Translations under genes and position numbers: made by a program
Shown here: piece after piece, positions 49,701 through 60,033 of the stretch
Layout of the letters: every line of letters begins with the position of its first letter
Position numbering within the stretch: position 1 is the stretch's first letter
From: Vitrella brassicaformis CCMP3155
Taxonomy: Eukaryota > Protista > Chromerida
Reading direction: 5' to 3'
Length of the DNA: 64,000 nucleotides
Assembly: GCA_001179505.1 (NCBI GenBank)
Contig: CDMY01000462.1
Span: 1-64,000 of the forward strand
The notes under the pieces: model-generated
Databases searched by the model: none
The model's input: only the letters and a program-made list of their open reading frames with translations
Told to the model about the DNA's origin: nothing

Positions 49701-52096
49701 GCGAGGCGCATGATTTCCTGCTGTCGATGTACAACATAACGTGCGGCGACAGCAGGATATTCCATTCCTTCGATGACCCCCTCACCAACAAACCCAGAGA
49801 ATACCTGGTTACGCGCCATTGAGACATTGAGACACGACTCTATGCGTGTGTGGTGGATGCAGGGCATCGTAGAGTCGGGGGAGTTCACTCGCAAGGGCAC
49901 TCTGGTGAATGTGTACTACCCTGAGGACGGCGAGCGACACACACACATTTTCGAAAAGGCACGTATACACGAATGGACACAAAGACACAGAGAGACACAC
50001 ATATGCGCAGCAACATGATTTCTGTGTGCTTTCTGGGTGCGTGTATGCGTGCAGGAGTTGTGTCTGGAGCTGGCGAAGCATCGGAGGAATCGCATTGGAC
50101 GTGAGACCAGCGACAACTGAAACAACCACCCATTACACGTGTGTGTGTGCGTGCGTGCAGGCACCAGGAATTCCGTGTCATGGTGGAAGCCGTAAGCACC
50201 GCACACCACCCACGCCCATCTACTGGCCATCTTGACTAACAGATGTGTGTGTTCGTTCCCATGTATGTGTGCAGGCGTCGTGTGATGTGTGAGTGCCCTG
50301 GCTGCTTCAAGTGGATCGAGTCGCGCGACATGCACAAGGCCATCTTCTGCAGCAGATGCCCTGCTGCATTCCACAGGCAATGCTGCACCGGTACGCATAC
50401 GCGAAATGCACTCCGCCCCTTCCACCCAACACACACCTCCCTCCCTCCCTCTCTCTCACTCCTGGATGTGTGCAGATGCGCCTGCCGCTGACGCCCCACC
50501 GTCCCAGTCATGGACATGCCCGTCATGCGCCAGGTCCGATCCACCCTGCCCTTCCCCCTGCCCCCCTCCCCCTCCCCCTCCCCAGCCACTCGTCCCCGCC
50601 AGCCCGTCGGTCGTTTGTGACGAGCCAGGCAGGCCACCCGACTCGCCAGCTGGCGCTATGCGTGGTGGTGGGCGCAACATGGAGGCCGCCAGGGGCGAGG
50701 GGCAGCCTGCTGCTGCTGCTGCTGCTGCTGCGGATAGCGATGGGGATAGGGAGGCAACCGCTGCAGCAGAAGACCTGGACGCGGTCGAGCTGCCGAGCGA
50801 TATCGAGCTAGCCGGTGAGATGATACCCGCATGCGCATTTGATGCATGGAGACGGTGGGTGCGTTGTGTTCCCCCTCTCTGGGTGCAGCGTCATTCCTCC
50901 TGGGTCGTCCCGAGGTGTTGCCTCTGACGGCTGAGCAGGCCACCCGTCTGCCGCCCGCCACACAAGACGCCGCCCTGCCATATCTGCTCGAGTGGAGGGG
51001 CGCTGGCAAGGGATTTGTCGTGATCACTTTCCCCCACGGCGACACCTCCATCCGCAACCCCCCCAAGACCTCATTCCCCTCCCGTGGCCGTATCGGCAGC
51101 CTCGAGCAGCTGAGGGCGGCGTTTCGCGAGGCGGTGCACTTCCATAGGAGACACAATGACGAGTACATCCGGTGAGGGATCGCATATGAGAACCAGGCGG
51201 TGGTTTGTGTGCATTGAGCCAGTGTTGGAATGCAGCAAGCCCACGTTGCTGCCCGCAAAGTTGCGTGAGGACAGGGACAAGGACGAGGGCCACCGAATCA
51301 TCACACAGCACGGTATATGGGACCAACCAGCCAGTGTATCTGACACACAAATCCTCACCCTTTGTGTTGGTGTTGTTCTTTCTGGCCTGCATATACAGCT
51401 TCCGAGCTGCTGCAGTCGTTTGCCGCGCCCACCAATGGCAGAGTCGCCCTCAAAAAAGACCCCAAATCAAGAAAACCAGAGTCAGCGATTGATCCTTCCA
51501 CTCCCTTGCTCACCTCACAGATATGTCCGTATTCGATCTCTCGTCGGTTTGTGTGCCGTGCATGCAGGTTCCATGTGCGTGTGCCCGACGAGGTGGTCAA
51601 TGTGATCGGCCCCCCCGCCAACTCACTCCCCAACCCCCTCATCGATCGCAAACGACAACGACCCTCAGTCGCACCACAGCCGGCCGCAACAGCCGACAAG
51701 GACAACAAGCCCACCAGCAGCAGACGGGACGAGAGGACATTCAAATTCGACATGCCCGAGCGGCACCCCACCCCGGCAGACGTGCAGGACATGTCTCGGC
51801 GATGCGAGCGGTACTGCGAGGCGGTCGAGTCCGCTCGTGGGCGTCTCGAGGCCATTGCGGCGCAGCGTGAGTGGGAGAGGAGACGGCAGGAGGCCAGAGA
51901 GAGGGGCGAGAGCCCGGGGCGGCCTGTGCGGATGGGCGGTGAGGAGGGATCTGATGTGGAAGAAGGGGAGGAGGAGAGCGAAGAGGAGGAAGACCGGGGA
52001 TTCGACAATGACAGGCTGCAGCCGGTCGCCAAGGCTCGACGGACCGAGCAGCCACCAACTGCTTTGCAGCAGACTGCAGCCGTGGCCATAGCATGA
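46726..52096 (+). CDS. SET-domain protein with two PHD fingers and a possible degenerate AP2-like domain (~20 exons)
   Basis: SET: CGVFW..IILGEYTGLV, NIVVDASERLNEMALVNH, VLVDGWPHIIL, DEILADFGGDWF. PHD1: CAIC..VVCDGCNRCYHLRCL..EEWFCDTC. PHD2: CECPGC..FCSRCPAAFHRQC..WTCPSC. Confidence 0.8.
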
Positions 52097-52474
52097 CAGA
52101 CTGACGTATCCAAGGCTTCTTTTGTCCCCTCTCTCTCTCTCTCTCTGTATCGCATTGGCTGGGAATTGTTGGGCCGCTAATGCGGTCCTGTAGAGATGCT
52201 TGTCGCCTTTGCGACTGCTGCTGTATAGCATCTATGTATAGCGGGGGGAAAAGGGAAACAGGTTGACGCATCCATGTGTGTGGATGAATTCGTGATGGCT
52301 CTGGCCCTTGGCAGACTCTGCCAAGGTCCGATGATCCGTGTTTCGTGTGCAAACCGAGCAATTGACCATCTATACCAACGTCTCCAAGATTGTCCACATG
52401 CCATCATGCATCCATACAGGCAGACGCTCACACACGCTCACAGCCATTCATTCCCACAGAAAGTGTCGTGTCCC

Positions 52475-55129
52475 TCACTTCTTGCCTCTTCCTCCTCCAT
52501 TCAAGAAAGCTAGCATGCTCGACTGCCCTGCGATGTGCTTCTCCCTCCCCTTGATGCCACCCCCAACCCCAATACCCGCACCACCCCTGCCCTTCGCCTT
52601 GCCGTGCTGCCCCTTGCCCCCAATATCCTTGATCACCGCCTTGCCCCCAACCACCTTGCCCCGCCCCTTCTTGCTCCCCTCCGGCGTGTCATCATCTATG
52701 ACGATCTCCACTCGCTCCGGCTGCGGGACTGGGCGAGACGCAGCAGCACCATCAGCACCAGCACCATCACCAGCATTGCCATCTGCTGGGGTGACCGGCA
52801 CCTGTCTGTGCGGCTTCGGCTGGGCATCTTGTGGGGCAGGGGCAGCTGCCTTTGGGGCTTTGGGCATCACAGGTGGGCGGGGAGGGTGCTGTCCCGGTGG
52901 CTGTGGCTGTGGGTCGGCAGCTGCTGCAGCAGCAGCGCCCGGGGCGTGTGGCTCCGGCTCGCCCACCTCATCCCGACGGCCATTGACTAGCGTCTCACCA
53001 GCCGGGCCCGTCGGCAGGATGGGGCGCTCTACGGGAACGATGCGGGGAGGGGCGGGTCTGAGAGGCGGGCGAGCGGGGGCTGGCCTGTCGTCCATGTTGG
53101 ACTGTTGCCGGCTGAGTGGGAAGACCTTCCCCGCTCCCGGCACCCTCCGATCGTCCTTGGCCTACGTCCAACCATCCCTCCATCCATCCAGACAAGATTT
53201 CCAGGCAGGTCCTTCACGTGCGGTTTTGTTTCCTTCTCACCTTTTTCTTCGGCGGCCGCAGGATCGCATCGCCAAAAATATCCTCCTCCTCCTCCTCCCC
53301 GACCCCACCATCGTCACCGTCAGCAGGCCGCTTCTGTTGGCCCGACGCGTCGGAAGCCGCAGCGGCAGCGGCAGCGGCACCAGCATCCGTCGCCGCCTTG
53401 AGCTTCTGCCTTGCTTCACGCAGCAACTTCTTGAGCCGCTTGTTCTCGTTGATGGCCGCCCCCTCCTTCGTCTGCGCCCTCTCTACCTCTCTGCAAAGCA
53501 AAAAGGCGAAGGGAAATGCGAAAAGGGGGTGGCGGCTTGACATGTGGTCTGACTTTTCTAGCCTTTCCGCTCGTTCGTTGGCCGTCTGCTGCGCCTGGCC
53601 GGCTTCGTCGCGCTCTCTCTCTACCCGCTTCACTTTGCTGAAGAGACCAATCAACAGACGCACAAAGGTGGCTGGAGTGATATACGGTCATGAGAAGTTG
53701 GCCGACCATCTGTTGTCCTGCACAAGCGACATGACAACGAGACACGTGCGGCGTGTGTTGGCATGGGACTCTCCTTTGCTATGTGACCTTTTCTTTGGTC
53801 ATGAGGCCCCTGAGCAAGGCCTGTAGGTCACCCTGATGGCCAGACACACGCAGTAAAGAGCCGCAGTGGAGCACGCACCGAGTGTGTCATTGTCGTACTC
53901 ACATTGTACTGCTTGACAGCGGCATAGTACTGCTGCTCATTGGTACTGGTCTCGTATCTGAGAGAGGAGGACAACACAAGACATACAGGGCACGGGGCCG
54001 TTGAAGTTCCTCTGGGTCACATACACACGTACATTTCGGCCCGCTTGGCCCTGTCCTTCCATTCGATGAGCTCGGTCTCCGCCTCGAGAAGCCTGGTCGT
54101 GGCGTGAGCCTTCTCCCCATAGAGCTCCCGGCTGCAGCCCAAGACATCAAGAAGCCAACAGACAGGTGTCACGTGCCTGGGATGACCGGGAGGATGTCGT
54201 TGTCGTGCCTACTTCTGGTCGACGAGTTTTTGTTTATCCTTCTGCAAATTACTCAGCAGCTTCTGAGAAACACATACGCACAAACCAACACGCCAAAGTG
54301 TACTCACGCGGAAGTTCCAAGAGTGGATTTGTCCCTTGCGTGTTCTCACCTCCCGGCTGTGGAGCTTCTGTGCGGCGGCCTCCACTTCCTTCTGTGCCGC
54401 CGCCTTCTCCTTCCCCAACGCCCCCACTCGCTTTTGCAGCCGCTCGTTCTCAGCCTACACCCACACACCGAAGGCACACCGCAGCGCACCAGATGCTTAA
54501 TAAGGCGGCTGCCCCTGAATCCGCCATCCATCGCAGTCTCTCACCTCAAGTTCCTCTATGCGTTCGTCGTCCTCCTCGCCACTGCTATCCCCGCCCTTTG
54601 CAGCCGGCTGCGCCGACTCTGCCGGGGCCGCACGAGGCTTGCGACGCTTCATGTCTGCACATCCACACACCCATCCACACACAACACACAGATGTTCATC
54701 CGGCGAGGTGAAAGTGGTCTGAGATGATGAATGATACACTTGGTTCATTCATTCTCCCGTGTGTGCGCACCGTATTCGATGTGTACTCTGAAGGGCTGCA
54801 GCGGTTTGCGGCAGCCGGGGCACGTCGGGTGCTGCCGCTGCGACTCCCAGTTGTGCAAACTGCCATATCCAACGTTCCCACGGCGATGAAGACAGAAAGA
54901 ACATGTATGGACGCATTTCATTCCAATGAAAGACAGGCGTACCAGTTGCGATGAAAGACATGCCCACACTCGGGATTCGCCGCATACTGCAGAGAGAGAG
55001 AGAGATGGAGCGAAGAGGTGGCACTGCAATGAGGGCGGCGGCTGCATCGACTGGTTGCCCACTTACCGGCGGGTTGTCATCGTCGCCAAGGAGTGCCTCG
55101 TAGCAGATGGTGCACCGTGCCTTGGCCAT
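52475..55129 (-). CDS. TRAIP-like E3 ubiquitin ligase: N-terminal RING, long coiled coil, C-terminal PIP-box-like motif
   Basis: MAKARCTICYEALL..PECGHVFHRNCLHNWESQRQHPTCPGCRK, assembled over 3 exons. Heptad-rich middle exons. C-terminal QSSMLAFL. Confidence 0.7.
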
Positions 55130-55342
55130 CGTCAACGATTAATGCTACTTTGGAATGAAATCGAGCGGAGGGGGATAGGGTGTACAGCGGTTTCACGCTC
55201 GCTTGGCTTGGCGTTGCGGTGCCATATATCGTTTCGCGGTGCGAGTCACTGATGTGTGCGTCTACACGACTCATAAACTGTAGCACCGCAATATGCACCG
55301 CAACGAAAAAGACTCAGCAGGCGACGGACCTGCCTCCCCTTT

Positions 55343-56450
55343 CTACGCCCCCTTCTTGCCCGTACTGAGCTCCACACACTGGGACGCCCCGGGGTAGGCC
55401 GGCAGCTCTAGCCTGTACTTGCGCTGAATGCTCGACGGCACAAACCGACCACCCAGATAGTGACGACCATAGAAATGCTCTGCACCTGAGACAGAAGGAA
55501 AGTAACACCGTCAACCCTCCCACTGATGAGTGCTTCAGGTGCCGTGCCTACATTTCTTGGGGGCGGTGAGTGAGACGAGCACATCAGGGATGACTGCGTC
55601 GCCATTCCCCTGCGGCCCCTTCTCGACGTCCCACCCGCTCGGCGCATCCACCGCCACAATGGTGGGCTTCTTGGGCTGCCCGGAGGACGTCTGGATGCGC
55701 CTCAGCTCGCCCAAGATAGCGTCGTAGGGCGGGCGGACAGCTCCACTGAAAGAGAAGCCGAAGAGTGCGTCGATGATGACGTCAGCACTTGCGAGGGAGG
55801 AGGGGAGAGACTCCTGCCAGTGACACACACACACGCACACACGCACACACGCACACAGAGTGACGTTCGGTCAACGCAGCTCTCTTTACTGTCGTATGTC
55901 GCACCTCCACTGGTATGTTTGATTCTTTGAGCTGTGTGACGAGCGAGCTGTACCACTCCTTCTTGCCCACCTTGGGGTATACCACCGTGACGTCGTGGCC
56001 GAAATGGAACAGGTGGCGCGCAGCGACCAGCCCATCGCCTCCGTTGTTGCCAGGTCCGCAGAGCACCACGATCTGCATGGACGACTGCTGGCTGAGATCT
56101 TGCACTGCCTGCGCCACCGACAGCCCCGCCAGCTCCATGAGCTGCTCCAGGCAGAAGCCGCACGGACCCATCAGCTCATCGTCGAGCGCTGCCGACTCGC
56201 TCTGACCCAAGTACTGCACACCACCCTCATCGTGAGCAACACACCCGAGCGTCATCGATTCATGAGATAGGCATTGTGTTGTGTTGTGCATTGTCGTTTG
56301 TACCCTGACGTCAGCCATGGTGCTTGTGCGCGGAGATGAGAGGGGCGCAGTGTACGAAATGTGCCGCAGAAGGCCCGTCAGGCGGCTCGTTATGTGGAAT
56401 GCTCGCGTGGTCAGAAAGGGGAGGCTCCAAAGACACAAAGTGGCGCGCAT
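55343..56450 (-). CDS. NAXE: NAD(P)H-hydrate epimerase (YjeF_N)
   Basis: [13 protein letters not shown]; [19 protein letters not shown]; [12 protein letters not shown]; [12 protein letters not shown]; [10 protein letters not shown]; HYLGGRFVP. Confidence 0.97.
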
Positions 56451-56508
56451 CAGTGATCTTTATGGCCTGCACTCATTCTGCTGCGTAAAAAGGCACTCCA
56501 CCTCCCGT

Positions 56509-56526
56509 TGCGAGCTCGAGCTCGCA
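56509..56526. promoter_or_regulatory. Perfect 18-bp palindrome inside the 186-bp divergent promoter of NAXE and DUF1445
   Basis: TGCGAGCTCGAGCTCGCA equals its own reverse complement. Confidence 0.5.
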
Positions 56527-56635
56527 CAGGTCGGGTGAATCAACCGACTTCAAAGCTCCCCTGAGGCGCAGGTGGTGCCACTGATACTGCTCTGATCCAG
56601 ATCTTTGGTCTCGAGGCTCATTGGTTCATCGTAGT

Positions 56636-57992
56636 ATGATGAGCGGGCTTCACACAGCGTATCCTTTCCCCTTCAAGAAGCGCGACGACGTGGACCGCTC
56701 GGCAGCACAGGCCATGCGCAATGAGTGCAGGAATGGTGGCTTCAGCGGCAGCACATCTGGACGAGCGCCCGGCTTCGTCCAAGCCAACTTGGTCATCTTG
56801 CCGAAGGAGTTTGCTCTGGAGTTCGCCACTTTCTGCCTTCGCAACTCCCGCGCATGCCCTCTGCTGTGAGCACAAGACACACAAAAAGGCCAGACGAACA
56901 CGAACGTCGTGCAATGGATAATTGATTTTGTCTGTGTTACACGTGCAGTGATGTGACGGAAGTTGGTTCGCCTGAACCATCCATGGTTGCGCCAGGGGCG
57001 GACTTGCGGACTGATCTGCCCAAGTACCGCATCTGGTAAGCCGACATGCAGGCCAGCAGCAGGGACCAGTCTTGCGGAGGCTCATCAGATGTGTGCTGGC
57101 GCTGCGTGTGTGTGTTCAGGATAAATGGGAAACTGGAAGCGGAGGTCACAGACATTACAGACGTCTGGCGGGTCGGCCGTCGGCTCACTCATAAAAGCAC
57201 ACGCAGCACTGCGCATGACAGCCTATCCGTGTGTCTGCCCGTATTTTGTGAATGACAGAATGACTTCGTGGGGTTTGTACTGGGGTGCTCCTTCAGCTTT
57301 GAAGCGGCCCTGGCGCGAGAGGGACTGGAGCCCAGGAACGTGACCATGAAGGTAACATGCAGACAGGCCAGGGTAGTGAGTAGGTGCTTGTCCACCGTGT
57401 GGTCTGTTGTTGTCTCTTGTGCAGTCAAATGTGTCCATGTATCGCACCACACACCCAAACATCAAATCGGGCCCTTTCGAAGGTAACCATCACTATTGCT
57501 GCAATGGCAGCGATTGATCTATCAGTGTTGCGTGGTTTTCCGGTCCTGCAGGCAATCTGGTGGTGTCGATGCGCCCGTACCCGCCCTCCTCCCTGCCTGA
57601 TGTCATCCGCATCACTTCATCCTTCCCTGGAGCACACGGCGGCCCCATCTATAAAGGGAAGACGGACGCGACTCCCCATTGCTCTTTTTTGGGAATAGGT
57701 AATCTGGGTCTGCCTGACTTCGGTGACCCTGTGCCGATTGGTGAAGGTGAAATCCCTGTGTTCTGGGCGTGTGGCGTGACGCCACAGGTCAGGTGGATGG
57801 AGGGGCGATGGCACGTGAAGGGCGAGTGGATGAGTTTGTTTGTTTGGTTGTGCTTGTGTGCGTGTACGCGTGTAGGTGGCCATTGAGACAGCGGCGCCTG
57901 CCCCGCCCATCGCCATCACCCATGCGCCGGGGCATATGTTTGTGACGGACCTTGTCGATGATGAGATGAGAGTAGGACAGCCTCCTGGCTGA
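56636..57992 (+). CDS. DUF1445 / UPF0317 (YcsI-like; D-glutamate cyclase-type domain) protein
   Basis: GSTSGRAPGFVQANLVILP..FCLRNSRACPLLDV; ADLRTDLPKYRI; GFVLGCSFSFEAAL; NVSMYRT; VVSMRP; AHGGPI; PDFGDPV..PVFWACGVTPQ; ITHAPGHMFVTD. Confidence 0.93.
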
Positions 57993-58407
57993 AGTCATGT
58001 AGTCCGTGGCTTTTGGCTGGTCCAAAGCAGGTCGATGTATGTGACATTGGTCTTTTTTCTACACACCATGGCACCACGCGACTGTCCGCACTCATTCGTC
58101 AAGTGCACACACAAGACACTGCGTTAAATGTGTGCAAAGGACACGGAAGTACATGGGAATGCAGATCGATAAACCATAGGACGTCCAAAGCTCATCAATT
58201 GAGCTCACCTATCGAGGACGTATCATCGGGAAAGTACCACCCCATCGGTAGAGACTGCACTTGTGTGCGGAACAAGTCTCTACCACAGAACAAGTCTACT
58301 ACCACCCAGGCACACACACTCAGACAGAATCCATACCACAAGTCTGTCCCCATATAAACACTCCCCATACACATCTACCAGACGTGCATTCGTCATGCAT
58401 ACAAGAC

Positions 58408-58785
58408 GGCCACGATAAACGCAAGTGTCTCCAGAAGCAGGAGCGACTTGCCGCCGACCCACCGGCTCATGGAAAGTCCGCCACTCATGGTCATCTTCCG
58501 TAAGACTCTGTAAGGATTGGCTTTCCTTACAGATGCGTTCTGGAGTCACTCACTGTCCCGGCCATGCTGTGAATGAATAAGCGTTTCGTGGCTTATCTGT
58601 CAGGCAGCATCGCGAAGACCTTTGAGCCCCATTCGGGACTCGCGAAGCTTGCTGAGCGTGGCACGCTCTTACGAAACAATTCCTCCGTCCGTAATTGGGG
58701 CCCAAGCTAGCACTTCCTTCGGTTCTCGAGGGGGGCTTGCATTCGCGAAAGGCGGCGAAAGCATAGCGAGTCCCGCCAGCCCGAC
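58408..58785. ncRNA. Candidate structured non-coding RNA (family unassigned)
   Basis: Many nested helices found by eye, including perfect 10-bp stems TCTGTAAGGA/TCCTTACAGA and CGGGACTCGC/GCGAGTCCCG and an ~14-bp helix 58425-58439/58534-58549. No plausible spliced ORF. Confidence 0.35.
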
Positions 58786-58932
58786 GGAGGAGGGAAATTT
58801 CATAACTAGCGTAGATCAATCCCCTCCCAAACTTGCCCCCGCATGGATCGCCCGATCGCCTCTCTTGGGGCCCCTTTCTCTCAGTTCCCTCCCCTTTTCC
58901 TCCTCCTCTTCTCTTCCCTCCTCCCCCTTGTC

Positions 58933-59875
58933 ATGGCATCGTCTACGGTTGAGATGTTCTGCGGGAGGATGGGTGAAAGAACTCACAACCTCCTCATGGA
59001 CAAGTGGGGCCTCAGTGACAAGGAAATCGAGGTGGATGGCACTCACAAATGTGTGCAAGAAGGTGTGTCGCTCTGTGTGTCATCCTTCATCATCTTCAGG
59101 ACCTTTGTTACATGCTTCCTGAGGCACCGGAACTCGGCAGCATGAGGTACTTGCGAACAGACCGATGGCTGTAATTGCGCGACAGTGTATGGTTTGTCGC
59201 AGCTTGTGCAGCAACGGGTTTGGTTCGAGGGCCGTGATTGCCCTCTCGGAGGTCCTCCCTGTCAAGGCGCCTCACCTGCACACACTGATCCTCTCATACA
59301 ACGACATACACAAGTAGCCAGGCCATGTGTCGTTTCATCGATTTTATGTGTTGTCCGCATCTTTCGCAGGAATGGGTGCGTTGCTCTGCGTGACATGCTG
59401 ATGGGCAGGTTTGAGCTGAGAAGTCTCTCTCTCGATCACAACCAGATCGGCGATGAAGGTCAGCGTACAGCGACGCAGAAGAGAGAACAACACCGGGTCC
59501 CTCGTGTCACATTCTGGCACATGCATGTTTCATGCAGGCCTGGCCTATCTGTCGGAAGCCTTCACCCACACACCCCACCTGCACTCGCTGGACCTGCGCA
59601 GCAATGGCCTCACAGACAGCTCGTCCCACCTTCTGGCTGCCCGTCTCCCATACTGTGTCTCGCTTACAAAGTGCCGCCTTGACGACAACATGCTGTCGCC
59701 GGCAGGCGTGCAGAGACTTGTAGAGGCCAAAAAGCGGTGCGTGAGCTTAACCACCCTCAGCATCGACAGACAGAGAGAGCGGAGCATTTCTCGCGCCCAC
59801 GAGACGGCGAGACTGGCCAGGGGATATCTCAAGAAGCTGTACATGAATGTGGTGCCTGTACTGCTGGCGTGCTAG
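58933..59875 (+). CDS. Small RNI-like (ribonuclease-inhibitor/RanGAP-type) leucine-rich-repeat protein
   Basis: LHTLILSYNDIHKNGCVAL; LRSLSLDHNQIGDEGLAYL; LHSLDLRSNGLTDSSSHLL; LTKCRLDDNMLSPAGVQRL. Confidence 0.85.
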
Positions 59876-60033
59876 AGATAGATAGAGACAGAGGCATGGT
59901 GGGAATGAAGAGTGAGTGGACGGGCAAGAAAGAGAAAAGGCAAAAAAAAGACCGAAGAGGGGAAGAGGGAAAGACAGTGCAGATGGAACGAACACGGAAT
60001 GACCATGGGGTCCCGCATTCTCACGCTATCACG

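Noticed and set aside
49959-49960. Third GC-AG intron in the SET-PHD gene
   Set aside because: Upstream GT donors in the same phase are available, so a GC donor is not required.
58599-58800. HDV-like, twister or hammerhead ribozyme
   Set aside because: Partial resemblances exist (G-U-ended 7-bp helix, CGAAT before GGGGCT, CCCAAGC), but the L3/P1.1, UAA and CUGANGA core elements could not be placed consistently.
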